Assembly (NCBI GenBank): GCA_963749915.1
Contig: CAVVOP010000001.1
Coordinates: forward strand, 1-34,104
Origin: an uncultured cyanobacterium
GTDB lineage: Bacteria; Cyanobacteriota; Cyanobacteriia; Cyanobacteriales; Cyanobacteriaceae
Reading direction: 5' to 3'
Length of the DNA stretch: 34,104 nucleotides
Under the pieces are notes generated by a model. It worked only from the letters and a program-made list of their open reading frames with translations. It was not told where the DNA came from and did not search any database. Below, piece by piece: positions 10,068 to 19,908 of this stretch (positions within the stretch are counted from its first letter, which is position 1; every line of letters begins with the position of its first letter). The position numbers were made by a program, and so were the translations under genes.

Positions 10068-10955
10068 TTAATTTCCGGATCCTTTAACCTTTAGATCTTT
10101 AAGAATATCTGTCATTTCTATGGGAAAAAGGATCACAGTATTGGAAGGACTAGCACCGAGACCATCAATTGATTGTAGGGTCCTCAATTCCAAAGCAACG
10201 GGATGGACTTCCATAAGCATCGCCGCTTGCACCAAGTTCTCCGCTGCCAATTTGTCCCCTTCAGCCTTGGTAATCGTTGCTCTCTTTTCCCTCTCGGCAG
10301 AAGCTTGCCTCGACATCATTCGTTTCAAGTCTTCAGGCAACTCTATGTCCTGTAGGCGAACTGAATCAAGATGTAGACCCCATTCTTGAACCTTCTCTTC
10401 AACCGCCGCCTGAATTTGCTCTTGAATTCGCTCTCTTTCTGACAGTAATTCGTCCAGTGTGAGGCCACCAATCACATCTCGAAGAGCTGCTTGAGCATAT
10501 TGTGAGATGGCAAATTGAAAGTCTTGAATCAAGATGACAGCTTTTTCGGCATTGCTAACCCGAAAGAACAAGGCACTATCAATTTCTGCAGGGACATTAT
10601 CTCGCGTAATCACTTTTTGATGAGGAATATTGAAGACTAAAGTCCGCATATCGATAAACTGTACCTCCTCAATACCTGGAACAACGTAGAAAATTCCAGG
10701 CCCCTTCACACCAGCAAATTTTCCTAATCGGAGAATCACACCCCGCTCCCATTCTGCGGCAACCCTTATCCCACTCACTAAAACGAGCCAAAATCCACCT
10801 AAGACCACAGCTCCCATCTTTCTTTGAGGAGAACCCAACAATCCAAAAACAATTAATGGCAAAATGAGAATTGCTGCCAGTATACCTCGTAATCCCTTAC
10901 CCAAAGAAACGTGACCTTCTTTGGGCGTTGCGTATTGTTTTGAAGAACCCTGCAT
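10068..10955 (-). CDS. SPFH/stomatin-like (slipin) membrane protein
   Basis: ERGVILRLGK, ITRDNV, ALRDVIG..TLDELLSER, RQASAEREKRA, ALELRTLQ; GGAGG RBS. Confidence 0.92.
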   Translation of the reverse strand: MQGSSKQYATPKEGHVSLGKGLRGILAAILILPLIVFGLLGSPQRKMGAVVLGGFWLVLVSGIRVAAEWERGVILRLGKFAGVKGPGIFYVVPGIEEVQFIDMRTLVFNIPHQKVITRDNVPAEIDSALFFRVSNAEKAVILIQDFQFAISQYAQAALRDVIGGLTLDELLSERERIQEQIQAAVEEKVQEWGLHLDSVRLQDIELPEDLKRMMSRQASAEREKRATITKAEGDKLAAENLVQAAMLMEVHPVALELRTLQSIDGLGASPSNTVILFPIEMTDILKDLKVKGSGN

Positions 10956-11469
10956 TTTTACCTCCAGTATTTTTCCGTTTTGGTGACTGGCCTATCTAAA
11001 ACTTCTTCCTTGTCAACATTATTCAATTCTGAGAGCCATAATTTTTAACTTATTGAATCTGAGCAAAATTAAATCACTCCACAATTTATAGGATGACGAC
11101 AGTTATTGGCGATCGACCAATACTTATCACCGACTTTAGCCACGAGGATAGATTGACCATTAGCTTTAGTTTTCAGGACTTTATCAGAACTGACAGAAGC
11201 GGTGGTGGCAATTTTGATTTTAGTCATGATTGAAGAGTCCTCTAGGATAGCCGAGCTGAAAATTCTTGAGAATAATTACCCTATTATAACCTGAGTTTTG
11301 GTTAAGCAGATTGAGGTAAAAGCCACTCCAAACGAAGACTTGGCTTCTTTGGTTGGTGACAATGTGCTATCAATCCACATAATAGATTGACGCAAAAATT
11401 TATGGGGGATCGCTACACTTATTATAATTACGCTTACTTTATATTAGTATCATGTAAATAATTCTGTCC

Positions 11470-11555
11470 ATCTACTTACTACTCTGAATCTGTTACAGCA
11501 GTATGTTAATAAGCATGGGGAGGAAGCTATTTTACAATTGTTATCTAAGAAATAA
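11470..11555 (+). repeat. Orphan copy of the ParB-like gene 3' end
   Basis: Matches ~7420-7496; reads TTLNLLQQYVNKHGEEAILQLLSKK*. Confidence 0.85.
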
Positions 11556-11606
11556 TCTATCTTCTTCTTTTTCTTAAGAACCAAATCCGTTAGAACCAAT
11601 AAGATT

Positions 11607-12803
11607 ATGACAGAACAAAAACGAATCGGAATTCTTACCAGTGGAGGTGACTGTCCGGGGCTTAATGCCGTTATTCATGCCGTCCTCAAGTATTCAAGCG
11701 ACAGAGGCTGGAACGTTTACGGTATTCCCAACGGAACAGATGGCTTCATAGATATAGCTAATGGAATTTGCCTCCCAGAAGACTTCGAGATAGGAGAACA
11801 CACCTTTGACCTCCCGGGACAGAAAGGAATGAACGTACTGCTGTTTCTTAGTGGTAGTGTTGTTGGCTGTCGTGGCAAGAAGAAAGAACGCCTTGGAGAA
11901 AGGGAAAAAATTCTTGAGGGCTACCAGCAGTTAAATTTAGATGCCTTAATTGTCGTAGGTGGAGATGGCAGCCTGGAAATTATTAACGACTTGGCTGAAC
12001 AAGGTAATTGGAAATTGATCGCCATTCCGAAGACGATTGACAAAGATGTTCCTTTAACAGAGCGAGTGGTAGGTTTTGATACCGCAGTCGATATAGTCAC
12101 TAACGCCCTCTACAACCTGACCTTCACTGCCGCCAGTCACGATCGAGTCATGATTGTACAGGTGATGGGGAGAGATGCCGGACATCTAGCCCTCCATGCC
12201 GGAATCGCTGGTGGGGCTGACGTGATTTTGATCCCTGAATTGACTCCTCAAGTAAACGAAGAGCTGCTGAACCGCATTTGCCATAAAATCGCTCAGATTC
12301 GTTACCAGAAGCGGAAATTTGTTCTCATGGTCGTGGCGGAGGGAGTTAAAAATGCCGCAGGGGAGAAAGAAGAAAATATCGGTAATTATCTTCAGGAAAA
12401 GATTTCTGAATACAGAAGCCATCACAGCGATTGCCATCAACCTAGTTTCTGCGGGCTCACAGAGGAAGATGAAATTGAAATGCGTGTTACTGTCCTGGGA
12501 CACCTGCCCCGCAGTAGTCCACCTTCCTCCCTTGATCGTTTGCTAGCCGTCCAGTTCGGCGTGAAGGCGATGGATTTAATCGCGGAAGAACAGTTCAACC
12601 AAATTGTCGTCTGGGAAAATGGGAATGTGAGCAGTAAGTCCTTGTCAGAGGTGATGGAGAAAATGCAACAGGAAAAGCAACGAAGAGAAGCAGCCGGAGA
12701 AGCTCCTTGTGCTTCACCAGTAGACCCTGATGGTTTTCTGGTTCATACGGCACGAGCTTTGGGACTTTGTCTTGGCGATCCAGCTAAGGGTTGCATAAGC
12801 TAA
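11607..12803 (+). CDS. pfkA: 6-phosphofructokinase (PFK-A family)
   Basis: GILTSGGDCPGLNAVI, GGDGS, PKTID, GFDTA, VMGRDAG, VVAEG. Confidence 0.92.
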   Translation: MTEQKRIGILTSGGDCPGLNAVIHAVLKYSSDRGWNVYGIPNGTDGFIDIANGICLPEDFEIGEHTFDLPGQKGMNVLLFLSGSVVGCRGKKKERLGEREKILEGYQQLNLDALIVVGGDGSLEIINDLAEQGNWKLIAIPKTIDKDVPLTERVVGFDTAVDIVTNALYNLTFTAASHDRVMIVQVMGRDAGHLALHAGIAGGADVILIPELTPQVNEELLNRICHKIAQIRYQKRKFVLMVVAEGVKNAAGEKEENIGNYLQEKISEYRSHHSDCHQPSFCGLTEEDEIEMRVTVLGHLPRSSPPSSLDRLLAVQFGVKAMDLIAEEQFNQIVVWENGNVSSKSLSEVMEKMQQEKQRREAAGEAPCASPVDPDGFLVHTARALGLCLGDPAKGCIS

Positions 12804-12837
12804 AGGAATTGGGATGCGACGCTGAATTTGGAGTCTT

Positions 12838-13431
12838 GTGAATCAGATGGGATTGTTAGGTCATTCTTTTGGCGGTTCAGTAGGTTTGGGGGCGATTCAG
12901 GGTGATTGTTTTCCTCTTCTCTGCACTACAGAGTTTACTCGACCAGAAGAACTGAAGGCGGGGATTTTCTATGGCACCAGGTTTGGCTCTCAAGACCCCA
13001 ACAGTCCTGCCCCCCCGATTTTTAATCAAGGGATTCCCACGGGACTGATAGCTGGAACTCTTGACGGAGTAATTTCACCGGAAAAAGTTCAGGAGAGTTA
13101 CAAGCAAATTCAAGATCCACCCAAAGTTTTGCTTAATGTACTCGGAGCAAATCACTACGGAATTACCAATGAGGATAATCAGCGAGATCAAACTCGTCCT
13201 AGCTTATCCCAAGAAGTAGCAACCGAGACGATCGCTCGTTGGAGTGCGCTGTTCTTACGAGCTCATCTTCAAGGTGATGAGGGAGCGTTCGATTACGTTT
13301 ATAGGACAGGTGAGCAAAGAGACGAAAATGTTACTGTTATCAGCGCTGAAGTGCCCGAACCTTCGACGATGGGGGGAATTTTTCTCTTCGGAATAGGACT
13401 GGCTGTTACGAGATTCAAAAGGAGCAAATAA
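12838..13431 (+). pseudogene. 5'-truncated alpha/beta hydrolase with PEP-CTERM sorting signal
   Basis: GHSFGG nucleophile elbow only 8 residues from the ORF start, GANHY, C-terminal VPEP-TM-KRSK; in-frame stop at 12823 and no signal peptide. Confidence 0.7.
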
Positions 13432-13448
13432 GTATCAGCAGTTCAATC

Positions 13449-13577
13449 CCTAAATTCCTTGATGTAGAAGATACTAAATTCACTCTTAAGGCTTTAAATC
13501 TATATGCTCCTACTCTAAATATATTACAGGAGTATATTTATAAGCATGGTGAGGAGGCACTGCTCGCTTTGCTCTGA
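13449..13577 (+). repeat. Second orphan copy of the ParB-like gene 3' end
   Basis: Aligns with 6098-6115 + 7383-7496; reads PKFLDVEDTKFTLKALNLYAPTLNILQEYIYKHGEEALLALL*. Confidence 0.85.
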
Positions 13578-14478
13578 CGCTCTTGCCCACGTCCGATTGT
13601 TGGAGCAGCGAATCAATTAACTATAAGTAAAGTAGTAAAGTAAGCGATCGCCCGTTATCATTTTTCTCAAGCTTATGGTGCAGCCCCTCATGTGGAGAAT
13701 AATTTAGGACTTAGTTAACCACTATTACTTTGTAGTCAGTTGCTGCTCGACCAGCTCAGTAAAAATTCCTTATTCCCCTTTTTCGAGGGTTGTGCAAAAA
13801 ACCCCAAGTTTATCTGTTGGGCAAAATTAAGCTCTAGCCGTACTTGTATGTCGTAGGTCACCCTATAGAAATTCTCTCGTAAGGAGGTAAGGGCAATGAC
13901 ACAAAAATTTTATGAACAACAGTTAGATGCTTCAGCAACGGGTTTTTTTAGTAACATTGGCGGTCAAGTAGGGGCAGACCAATTTACCTTTTCAGAAGAT
14001 GTTACTATCACTGGCATTAATTGGTACGGATTTTATGGCAGTGACTTAAATCCAAGTATTACATCAATAGATTTTGAACTTAGTTTTTATCTTGATAATT
14101 CAGGGGTTCCAACCTCTAACCCCATCTCTCAGCAAATATTGTCAGCTCAGGTACAAGATACTGGTCTACAAGAGCAGGGACAATTCAGCAGTTCGATTTA
14201 TGAATTCCAAACCGATTTGATTTCACCCTTAGAAATAGCGGCGGCAGAAACAACTTGGATAGCAATTGCCGAAAACGATACTTTGACACCAGCTTTTGGT
14301 AATACTCAGTGGCTGTGGAGCTTTAGCCTCCCTGGTACAGAGTCTACTAAAGCATTCCGAAATACCAATCCTAACCTGGCTTCCGATTGGGAGATTACTA
14401 CTGGTCAGCTTGCCTTCGCACTCACTGGAGAAACTAGCGGTAGCGTTACTAATGGTGAAGAAGAGGCGACTCTGACAA

Positions 14479-16044
14479 GAATGGCGCTGACTTAAGCATT
14501 CACCGTTTGAAGAATGTAGGTAGGCGATCGCTTACAATGGCTTGCGATCGCCGGCGGCGCAGCTTACCTGGCCGCCAACGCCGAATAATTGTCAAACTGG
14601 CTTCTTCAGAGGAAAATAACCTTGGCTCAGAAGAAAAAAATACTACTACTCATGTTTCAGTGTGTTGAAATTCTCCGACGTAAACTCTTGGAACGGACGG
14701 GTAAACCTTTCGCCAATATCCTCAATGAAAAAGTGATTGAAGCGGCAATTGTCCAGGCACAACTCAAATATCGCAACCGTCTGTTCACGCCAATTATAAC
14801 GATTTGGGCGTTTATCTATCAGGTGCTTGATCCAGATAAAAGCTTGGCCAATGCCGTTAAACAAATACGATCTTGCTTGGCCGTTGAAGGAGCAGAGGTT
14901 CCCTCCCTAAATACCGGTGGTTATGCTAAAGCCCGTAAGCGTTTGCCCGAGAAGATGCTGGAATGGTTGTTTGAGCATACAGGAGAAGCTCTAACGGCTG
15001 AAGCTGTGGCAGAGCAAAGGTGGCAGGGGCGTTGCGTCAAACTGCTAGATGGCTCAACTGTGGTTATGGCCGATACCGCAGCCAATCAAAAGGAATACCC
15101 TCAACACAAAAATCAACAACCGGGGTGTGGGTTTCCTATCGCCAAGCTGGTGGTGATGTTTTCCTTAACGACCGCCGCTGCGATTGGGGTGAGAATTGCG
15201 GCCTTGAATACCTCGGAAATTACCTTAGCTCGCAGTTGGTACAGCACCTTGAAGCCTGAAGATGTGGCCTTAGCCGACCGAGCCTATGGCAGTTATGTGG
15301 ACTTGGCCTTAGTCCAACAACAGGGAGCCGACGCGGTATTTCGGAAAAATCAGAGTCGTCACAGTGATTTAAAAAAGGCAAAGCGGCTGGGAAAAAACGA
15401 CTATCTTGTGACCTGGACTCGTCCAAAGCGTTGTCCTAAAGCCATGGATAAGTCAGAATTTGAAGCCCTACCCCCAACTCTTCAAGTGCGAGAGGTACAC
15501 TTCTGTGTTGAGCGACCAGGATGGCGAACCAAATCGGTCACGGTGGTGACCACCTTGCTTAAGCCGAAGGCTTACCCCAAAGCCAAACTAGCCGAACTCT
15601 ATGAGCTGAGGTGGCAAGCGGAAATCAATCTCGACCATATCAAGACTACTTTGGGAATGGAGATGCTGAAGGCACAATCTCCAGAAATGGTGCGCAAGGA
15701 AATTTATGTTCATCTGATGGCCTATAACTTGCTGCGCTATTTAATGTGGCAAGCTGGTTCTGAAAGTAGCCAAGCTCCCTTAAAACTATCGGTTCAGGGA
15801 TGTCGGCAAAGCTTCAATCAGTTTCGTTCCCTATTGGCTGAGGCTGGTCGAGTACGCTTGCCCAGATTCTGTCAATCCCTGCTCAAGATGATTGCGGAAA
15901 CAACAGTGCCACTGCGTCCTAACCGCTATGAGCCCAGAAAACGAAAACGACGTCCGAAGGCTTTTCCTCTGATGAACGAGCCTCGGGCAATTCTTAAACA
16001 AAAGCTAGCTGCGGCATGATAACAACCTTAAGTCAGCGCCATTC
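14479..16044 (+). mobile_element. IS4-family insertion sequence
   Basis: Perfect 18-bp IRs GAATGGCGCTGACTTAAG / CTTAAGTCAGCGCCATTC; no TSD visible. Confidence 0.9.
14589..16019 (+). CDS. IS4-family DDE transposase
   Basis: LDGS, ADRAY, YELRWQAEINLDHIK (YREK motif); true start may be ATG 14652. Confidence 0.92.
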   Translation: MSNWLLQRKITLAQKKKILLLMFQCVEILRRKLLERTGKPFANILNEKVIEAAIVQAQLKYRNRLFTPIITIWAFIYQVLDPDKSLANAVKQIRSCLAVEGAEVPSLNTGGYAKARKRLPEKMLEWLFEHTGEALTAEAVAEQRWQGRCVKLLDGSTVVMADTAANQKEYPQHKNQQPGCGFPIAKLVVMFSLTTAAAIGVRIAALNTSEITLARSWYSTLKPEDVALADRAYGSYVDLALVQQQGADAVFRKNQSRHSDLKKAKRLGKNDYLVTWTRPKRCPKAMDKSEFEALPPTLQVREVHFCVERPGWRTKSVTVVTTLLKPKAYPKAKLAELYELRWQAEINLDHIKTTLGMEMLKAQSPEMVRKEIYVHLMAYNLLRYLMWQAGSESSQAPLKLSVQGCRQSFNQFRSLLAEAGRVRLPRFCQSLLKMIAETTVPLRPNRYEPRKRKRRPKAFPLMNEPRAILKQKLAAA

Positions 16045-16858
16045 ATCTATATATAGGTGACATCCTCTCAAATCAGTATGTTTTCTTAATTGATTGGCAA
16101 CAACCTCAAAATCGAATAGAAACTGTTGAGTTATCGGATGTAAATTTAACTTACGATGCCATTATTACTAGCTTTCGTCAATTGTCAGGTTATCAGGGAA
16201 ACTTCAGTTGGGCGGAGCTAGAAGCATTAGAGGAGATTAATCTAAGGCGGATCGGTCTTAGCCCCTCATCCGTGAACGATGCCATCTCTCAAGTTATGGC
16301 TAGGGCAATGGAACTAGAGTATAAAGAAGATTCTCTGTTAAATACTCCCATTAACCGTTTTCAAAATTCTCAATTACCAGGTACTTATCTATTTGCTGGC
16401 GAAGAAGAAAGTGAGAATATACGTCAAAACTTTTCTAACTTTATTGAAGAAGGGCGGGCCTTTAGTGTCGCCAGCCAACCAGGAGATGATTTAATTCGTT
16501 TTAATCGTTTCCAAAATAGTTTAGTACCCGGAACATATCTTTATGCCTCAGAAGGTGAGAGTGAAAGTATTCGCCAAGACTTTCCTAATTTTCTCGAAGA
16601 AGGGATTGCCTTTTATGCCTATGGTGCAGATGCTAATCGAGGCTTAGATTTCTACCGTTTTCAAAACCTACAACAACCCGGTACTTATATTTTCGTAGGA
16701 GAAGCCGAGAAAAACACTATCCTTGCTAATTTCCCTCAATTTCTCCTAGAAGGAGTTGCATTTGAAGTTGCTGTTTAAAAAATATTAAACAAAGGCAGGC
16801 GATCGCCCGCAAAAAGTGTAGGAATTTTTTCTCGCGGATCAGGGGCAAAGTCAACACC

Positions 16859-17218
16859 CTAGTCACAAGGAGGAAGAACGATAGGTTCTTGAGGTATAGC
16901 TTCTGATTCTTCTGAATCAATAATAACTATATGGCCTTCAGAATCAACACACCATGCCGGAACCTTTTGAAAAGTAATGTCTTTTCGTTCTAACTGTAAA
17001 AGTTGGTCTGATGCGGTTCTTGGGATTTGGAGCCGTTTGATTTCTTGTTCTAATTGTTGCTCACCTGCTTCAAAGAATTGTTGAGAACCATAGGGTGTGA
17101 ATAGACTATTAATTTGACTACGCGTAATTTGACTACGTGTAATTTGACTACGTGCAGGTAATACTTGAATTGAAGTAAGTACTATTGCTGCAATCAAACA
17201 ACTTAGAGAAAAGCTCAA
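16859..17218 (-). CDS. Hypothetical secreted protein with three RSQI(T) repeats
   Basis: Signal-peptide-like N terminus; 15-bp tandem repeat at 17111-17155. Confidence 0.55.
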   Translation of the reverse strand: MSFSLSCLIAAIVLTSIQVLPARSQITRSQITRSQINSLFTPYGSQQFFEAGEQQLEQEIKRLQIPRTASDQLLQLERKDITFQKVPAWCVDSEGHIVIIDSEESEAIPQEPIVLPPCD

Positions 17219-17464
17219 ATTAGGGAAAGTAGTGATTTAGCCAACAACGTTTCATAAGAACCCCCAACAACAACATTATATTATAGTTCCTATATATATT
17301 ATATCCTCGGAAAGGCTTTCATGACGGGTATTAATAAGCCTTCTTCTCTTATTTCTAGTTATTTATTTATCGATGATTTAGACAATGTTAAAACGGCAAT
17401 CCAATTCTGCTTTTTCATCAACAAAATAAACTCCTCTTAAGCCACTATTTATAAGGATATTATC

Positions 17465-18223
17465 CTATAGTTTCTTCCTCGCTCCACAAACTTTACCTAA
17501 CTGCCTTAAAGTCATCCCTGCCACAAGTGTGACACCACCAAATATATAGAGTGACTTATTCCCTGTTCCCAGACCGATAAACCTGACAATTCCAAAACCC
17601 ATCAAAATAGCAATAATTATCGGCATAATCACCACATATTGGGTATGCTGAGGATTTTGTTTATTCAGCCCCAGATACTCATTTTGAATAGCCTTCCTTG
17701 CAAGCATGGGATTTTTCCCTACATAACATTGCAACTCAGCTAATTTACAATCGCTCAAACTCAACCCCAACCTCTGTGCTTCATCCTTCATTATCTCCCT
17801 AATCTGCTTATCCTTCGGTAAATCTAGCTCCATTTCCAGCATCTCAAGGAAAATATCTTTACAAGGATTATTGTTAGCCACAGCACAAATAGTTACCCCT
17901 ATATTCATCAAATCCTCCAACCAATATCTAATTGACGTTGGTAAACGATTAGCAAAAGGAATAATTATCGTAGTATCCTCATCACATGACTCAGCGATCG
18001 CTTCCTTCAATTCATCTACAGTAAGTCGTCGCTCACCAGTACAGTCTCCCTTATTGTTAAATTTAGGTTCTGTAGTATCAATGCTTAAATCAAAAGCTAC
18101 CTTTTCAATAAATTTTTTAGCACTGCCTTTATAGGTGGCGATGGCACACGAATAATAATCAGTCAAGGAACAGAATAAATATTCTGGTAGGTATTCAGTA
18201 CTTCCTGTTTCCGCAATAATCAT
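17465..18223 (-). CDS. Hypothetical protein, possibly a degenerate P-loop fold, with two C-terminal TM helices
   Basis: 252-aa ORF; IIAETGS at the N terminus is at best a decayed Walker A; hydrophobic C terminus. Confidence 0.55.
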   Translation of the reverse strand: MIIAETGSTEYLPEYLFCSLTDYYSCAIATYKGSAKKFIEKVAFDLSIDTTEPKFNNKGDCTGERRLTVDELKEAIAESCDEDTTIIIPFANRLPTSIRYWLEDLMNIGVTICAVANNNPCKDIFLEMLEMELDLPKDKQIREIMKDEAQRLGLSLSDCKLAELQCYVGKNPMLARKAIQNEYLGLNKQNPQHTQYVVIMPIIIAILMGFGIVRFIGLGTGNKSLYIFGGVTLVAGMTLRQLGKVCGARKKL

Positions 18224-18277
18224 TAAACTGGTTCTGTTTTTGAGTATGTTGAACTATCTTGCTTAACTGCTCATCAT

Positions 18278-18865
18278 TTAAGCTAAGTTTTGGCGATAGC
18301 TCATCAAGATTGAATCCGCCACCTCCGACGGCGTAAACTTTGGGTTAGAAGCTTCCCTCGCATCCTCAATCTTTTCCTGTAAATCTTCCGGTAACTCATG
18401 CTCTTCCAATTTGTCAGCGATTGCCCTGACAACTAAATGAGGCATCGCAATTTCACGAGCCTTTAATTCAGCACCCTTACGAACAATATTATCTACGTCC
18501 ATATTCTCTTTGGGATCTTCAGGAGTAACATAGATTTCTTGGTTACTTATTTCTCCTTTTTTATTAGTAGTAATATCATTATTTTCTACAGTTACTAATT
18601 CACCCATTTTTTTCTCATCAAATCCTGTTCTACGACCATTAATTTCTATATGCTTCCTTAATAGCAAAAGTCTCTCGAAATCTTCATTACTAATCCAAGA
18701 AAGATTCTCATTATCTTTAATTGTGCTAATTTTTAAAAACTCTAAATCTTTGTAAAGAGTTGAATTTTTGACTCCAATTATTTCGGTTACGTCCGTAATG
18801 CGTTTATGTGTTTCCGCACTTATTTCGATTATTTCTATTGTATTTTTATTTTCTATGTCATTCAT
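18278..18865 (-). CDS. Hypothetical protein with N-terminal HTH-like motif
   Basis: ITDVTEIIGVKNSTLYKDL pattern. Confidence 0.6.
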   Translation of the reverse strand: MNDIENKNTIEIIEISAETHKRITDVTEIIGVKNSTLYKDLEFLKISTIKDNENLSWISNEDFERLLLLRKHIEINGRRTGFDEKKMGELVTVENNDITTNKKGEISNQEIYVTPEDPKENMDVDNIVRKGAELKAREIAMPHLVVRAIADKLEEHELPEDLQEKIEDAREASNPKFTPSEVADSILMSYRQNLA

Positions 18866-19446
18866 AATATGATCTCTTCAATTTCCATACTTTTTCATTT
18901 TATCCATGAAAACTGCGGAAGTGCGGAAATGAATTATTAAGTTTTTTATAAGCAATTTAATCTAGCCTTTTAATTGATTCAGTAACTATGTACTTTAAGA
19001 GAAGATATGAGGCTTTATGCCTTTTAGAATCAGGATTTGTTATTATTCAAATATTAGTGTTTTACTAAGTGTATTTAAGAGTATTGGTAAAATAAATTAC
19101 TAAGTAAAGTACTAGAACCAAAATTAAAGTATTTTACCAGTAATGTAAAGTTTAATACACTTATTAGAAAGATAAAAAAAAGAAGTCACCACTTCTTAAT
19201 GCGATGCCAAGGGCACAGCGAAGCTGCACGTCAATTGTCTATTCTTATCCCTGTAAATATTGACTCCCATAGCCTTGCGTAGCGGGGCGGTGTATAAGTA
19301 ATCTTTAATAATTTATTAAGTAGTATAATAGTATTAATCGAAAGCCTGTGCGATAGCACGGGCGGTATTTAAGCGAAGTCAGATGAATATAGAAGGCGGA
19401 CGGCAAAGCCGCACCGGGGCGTGAGCGCTCTACAAAAGGCAATAAA

Positions 19447-19830
19447 TCAGCCCCTTTCTCTCTCTGGAAATGAGCACTCAACTGTTATCTTGAGATTACT
19501 GTCTGCTGAACCTTCTGTAACATAAGGTATTCCGGCCTTTCCTCCTACCTTGATGCCAAATTCCAAAGTAACCTTATCAATATTAGCGTTGCCAACTTTT
19601 TTAAAAGCATTTAGGGTGTAATCAGTATAGGCTCGAATAGTACCTTCAACTAACTGAAAATTACGGGCTAGATCTTCTTTTATCCCCTTGCTTCCCTTGC
19701 CTAAATCACCCCTTGTTTTTTCTTCCGATTCGTCAACAGCTAAGTCAACACTGTCGAGTTCTATACCCTCTTGGCTTTCCATATAAATTACTGTGTTGTC
19801 ATCCAATTTGAGGGGAGTTAGTTTGGTCAT
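19447..19830 (-). CDS. Trypco1 / CU044_2847-like protein
   Basis: DKVTLEFGIKVGGKAGIPYVTEGSADSNLKITV pattern; 127 aa. Confidence 0.75.
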   Translation of the reverse strand: MTKLTPLKLDDNTVIYMESQEGIELDSVDLAVDESEEKTRGDLGKGSKGIKEDLARNFQLVEGTIRAYTDYTLNAFKKVGNANIDKVTLEFGIKVGGKAGIPYVTEGSADSNLKITVECSFPERERG

Positions 19831-19908
19831 TTTCCGAAAATTCTTGAGTAGTTGAATAATTCTAGCTTAGACTATTAGTACATCCAGATAAATAAAATTC
19901 CTGTTTCT

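Larger units (their letters stand above)
13896..16778 (+). pseudogene. Probable surface/exported protein with C-terminal RFQN..PGTY repeats, interrupted by an IS4-family element
   Basis: AGGAGGT RBS; joining 14478 to 16045 gives one open frame (ATLTNLYIGDILSNQY...) continuous with ORF 16182-16778; three RFQNxxxPGTY(L/I)...EEG repeats. Confidence 0.65.

Noticed and set aside
11289..11308. ACCTGAGTT here and ACCTCAGTT at 23521 resembling IS982 ends
   Set aside because: Only 9-nt matches with no convincing partner IR or TSD
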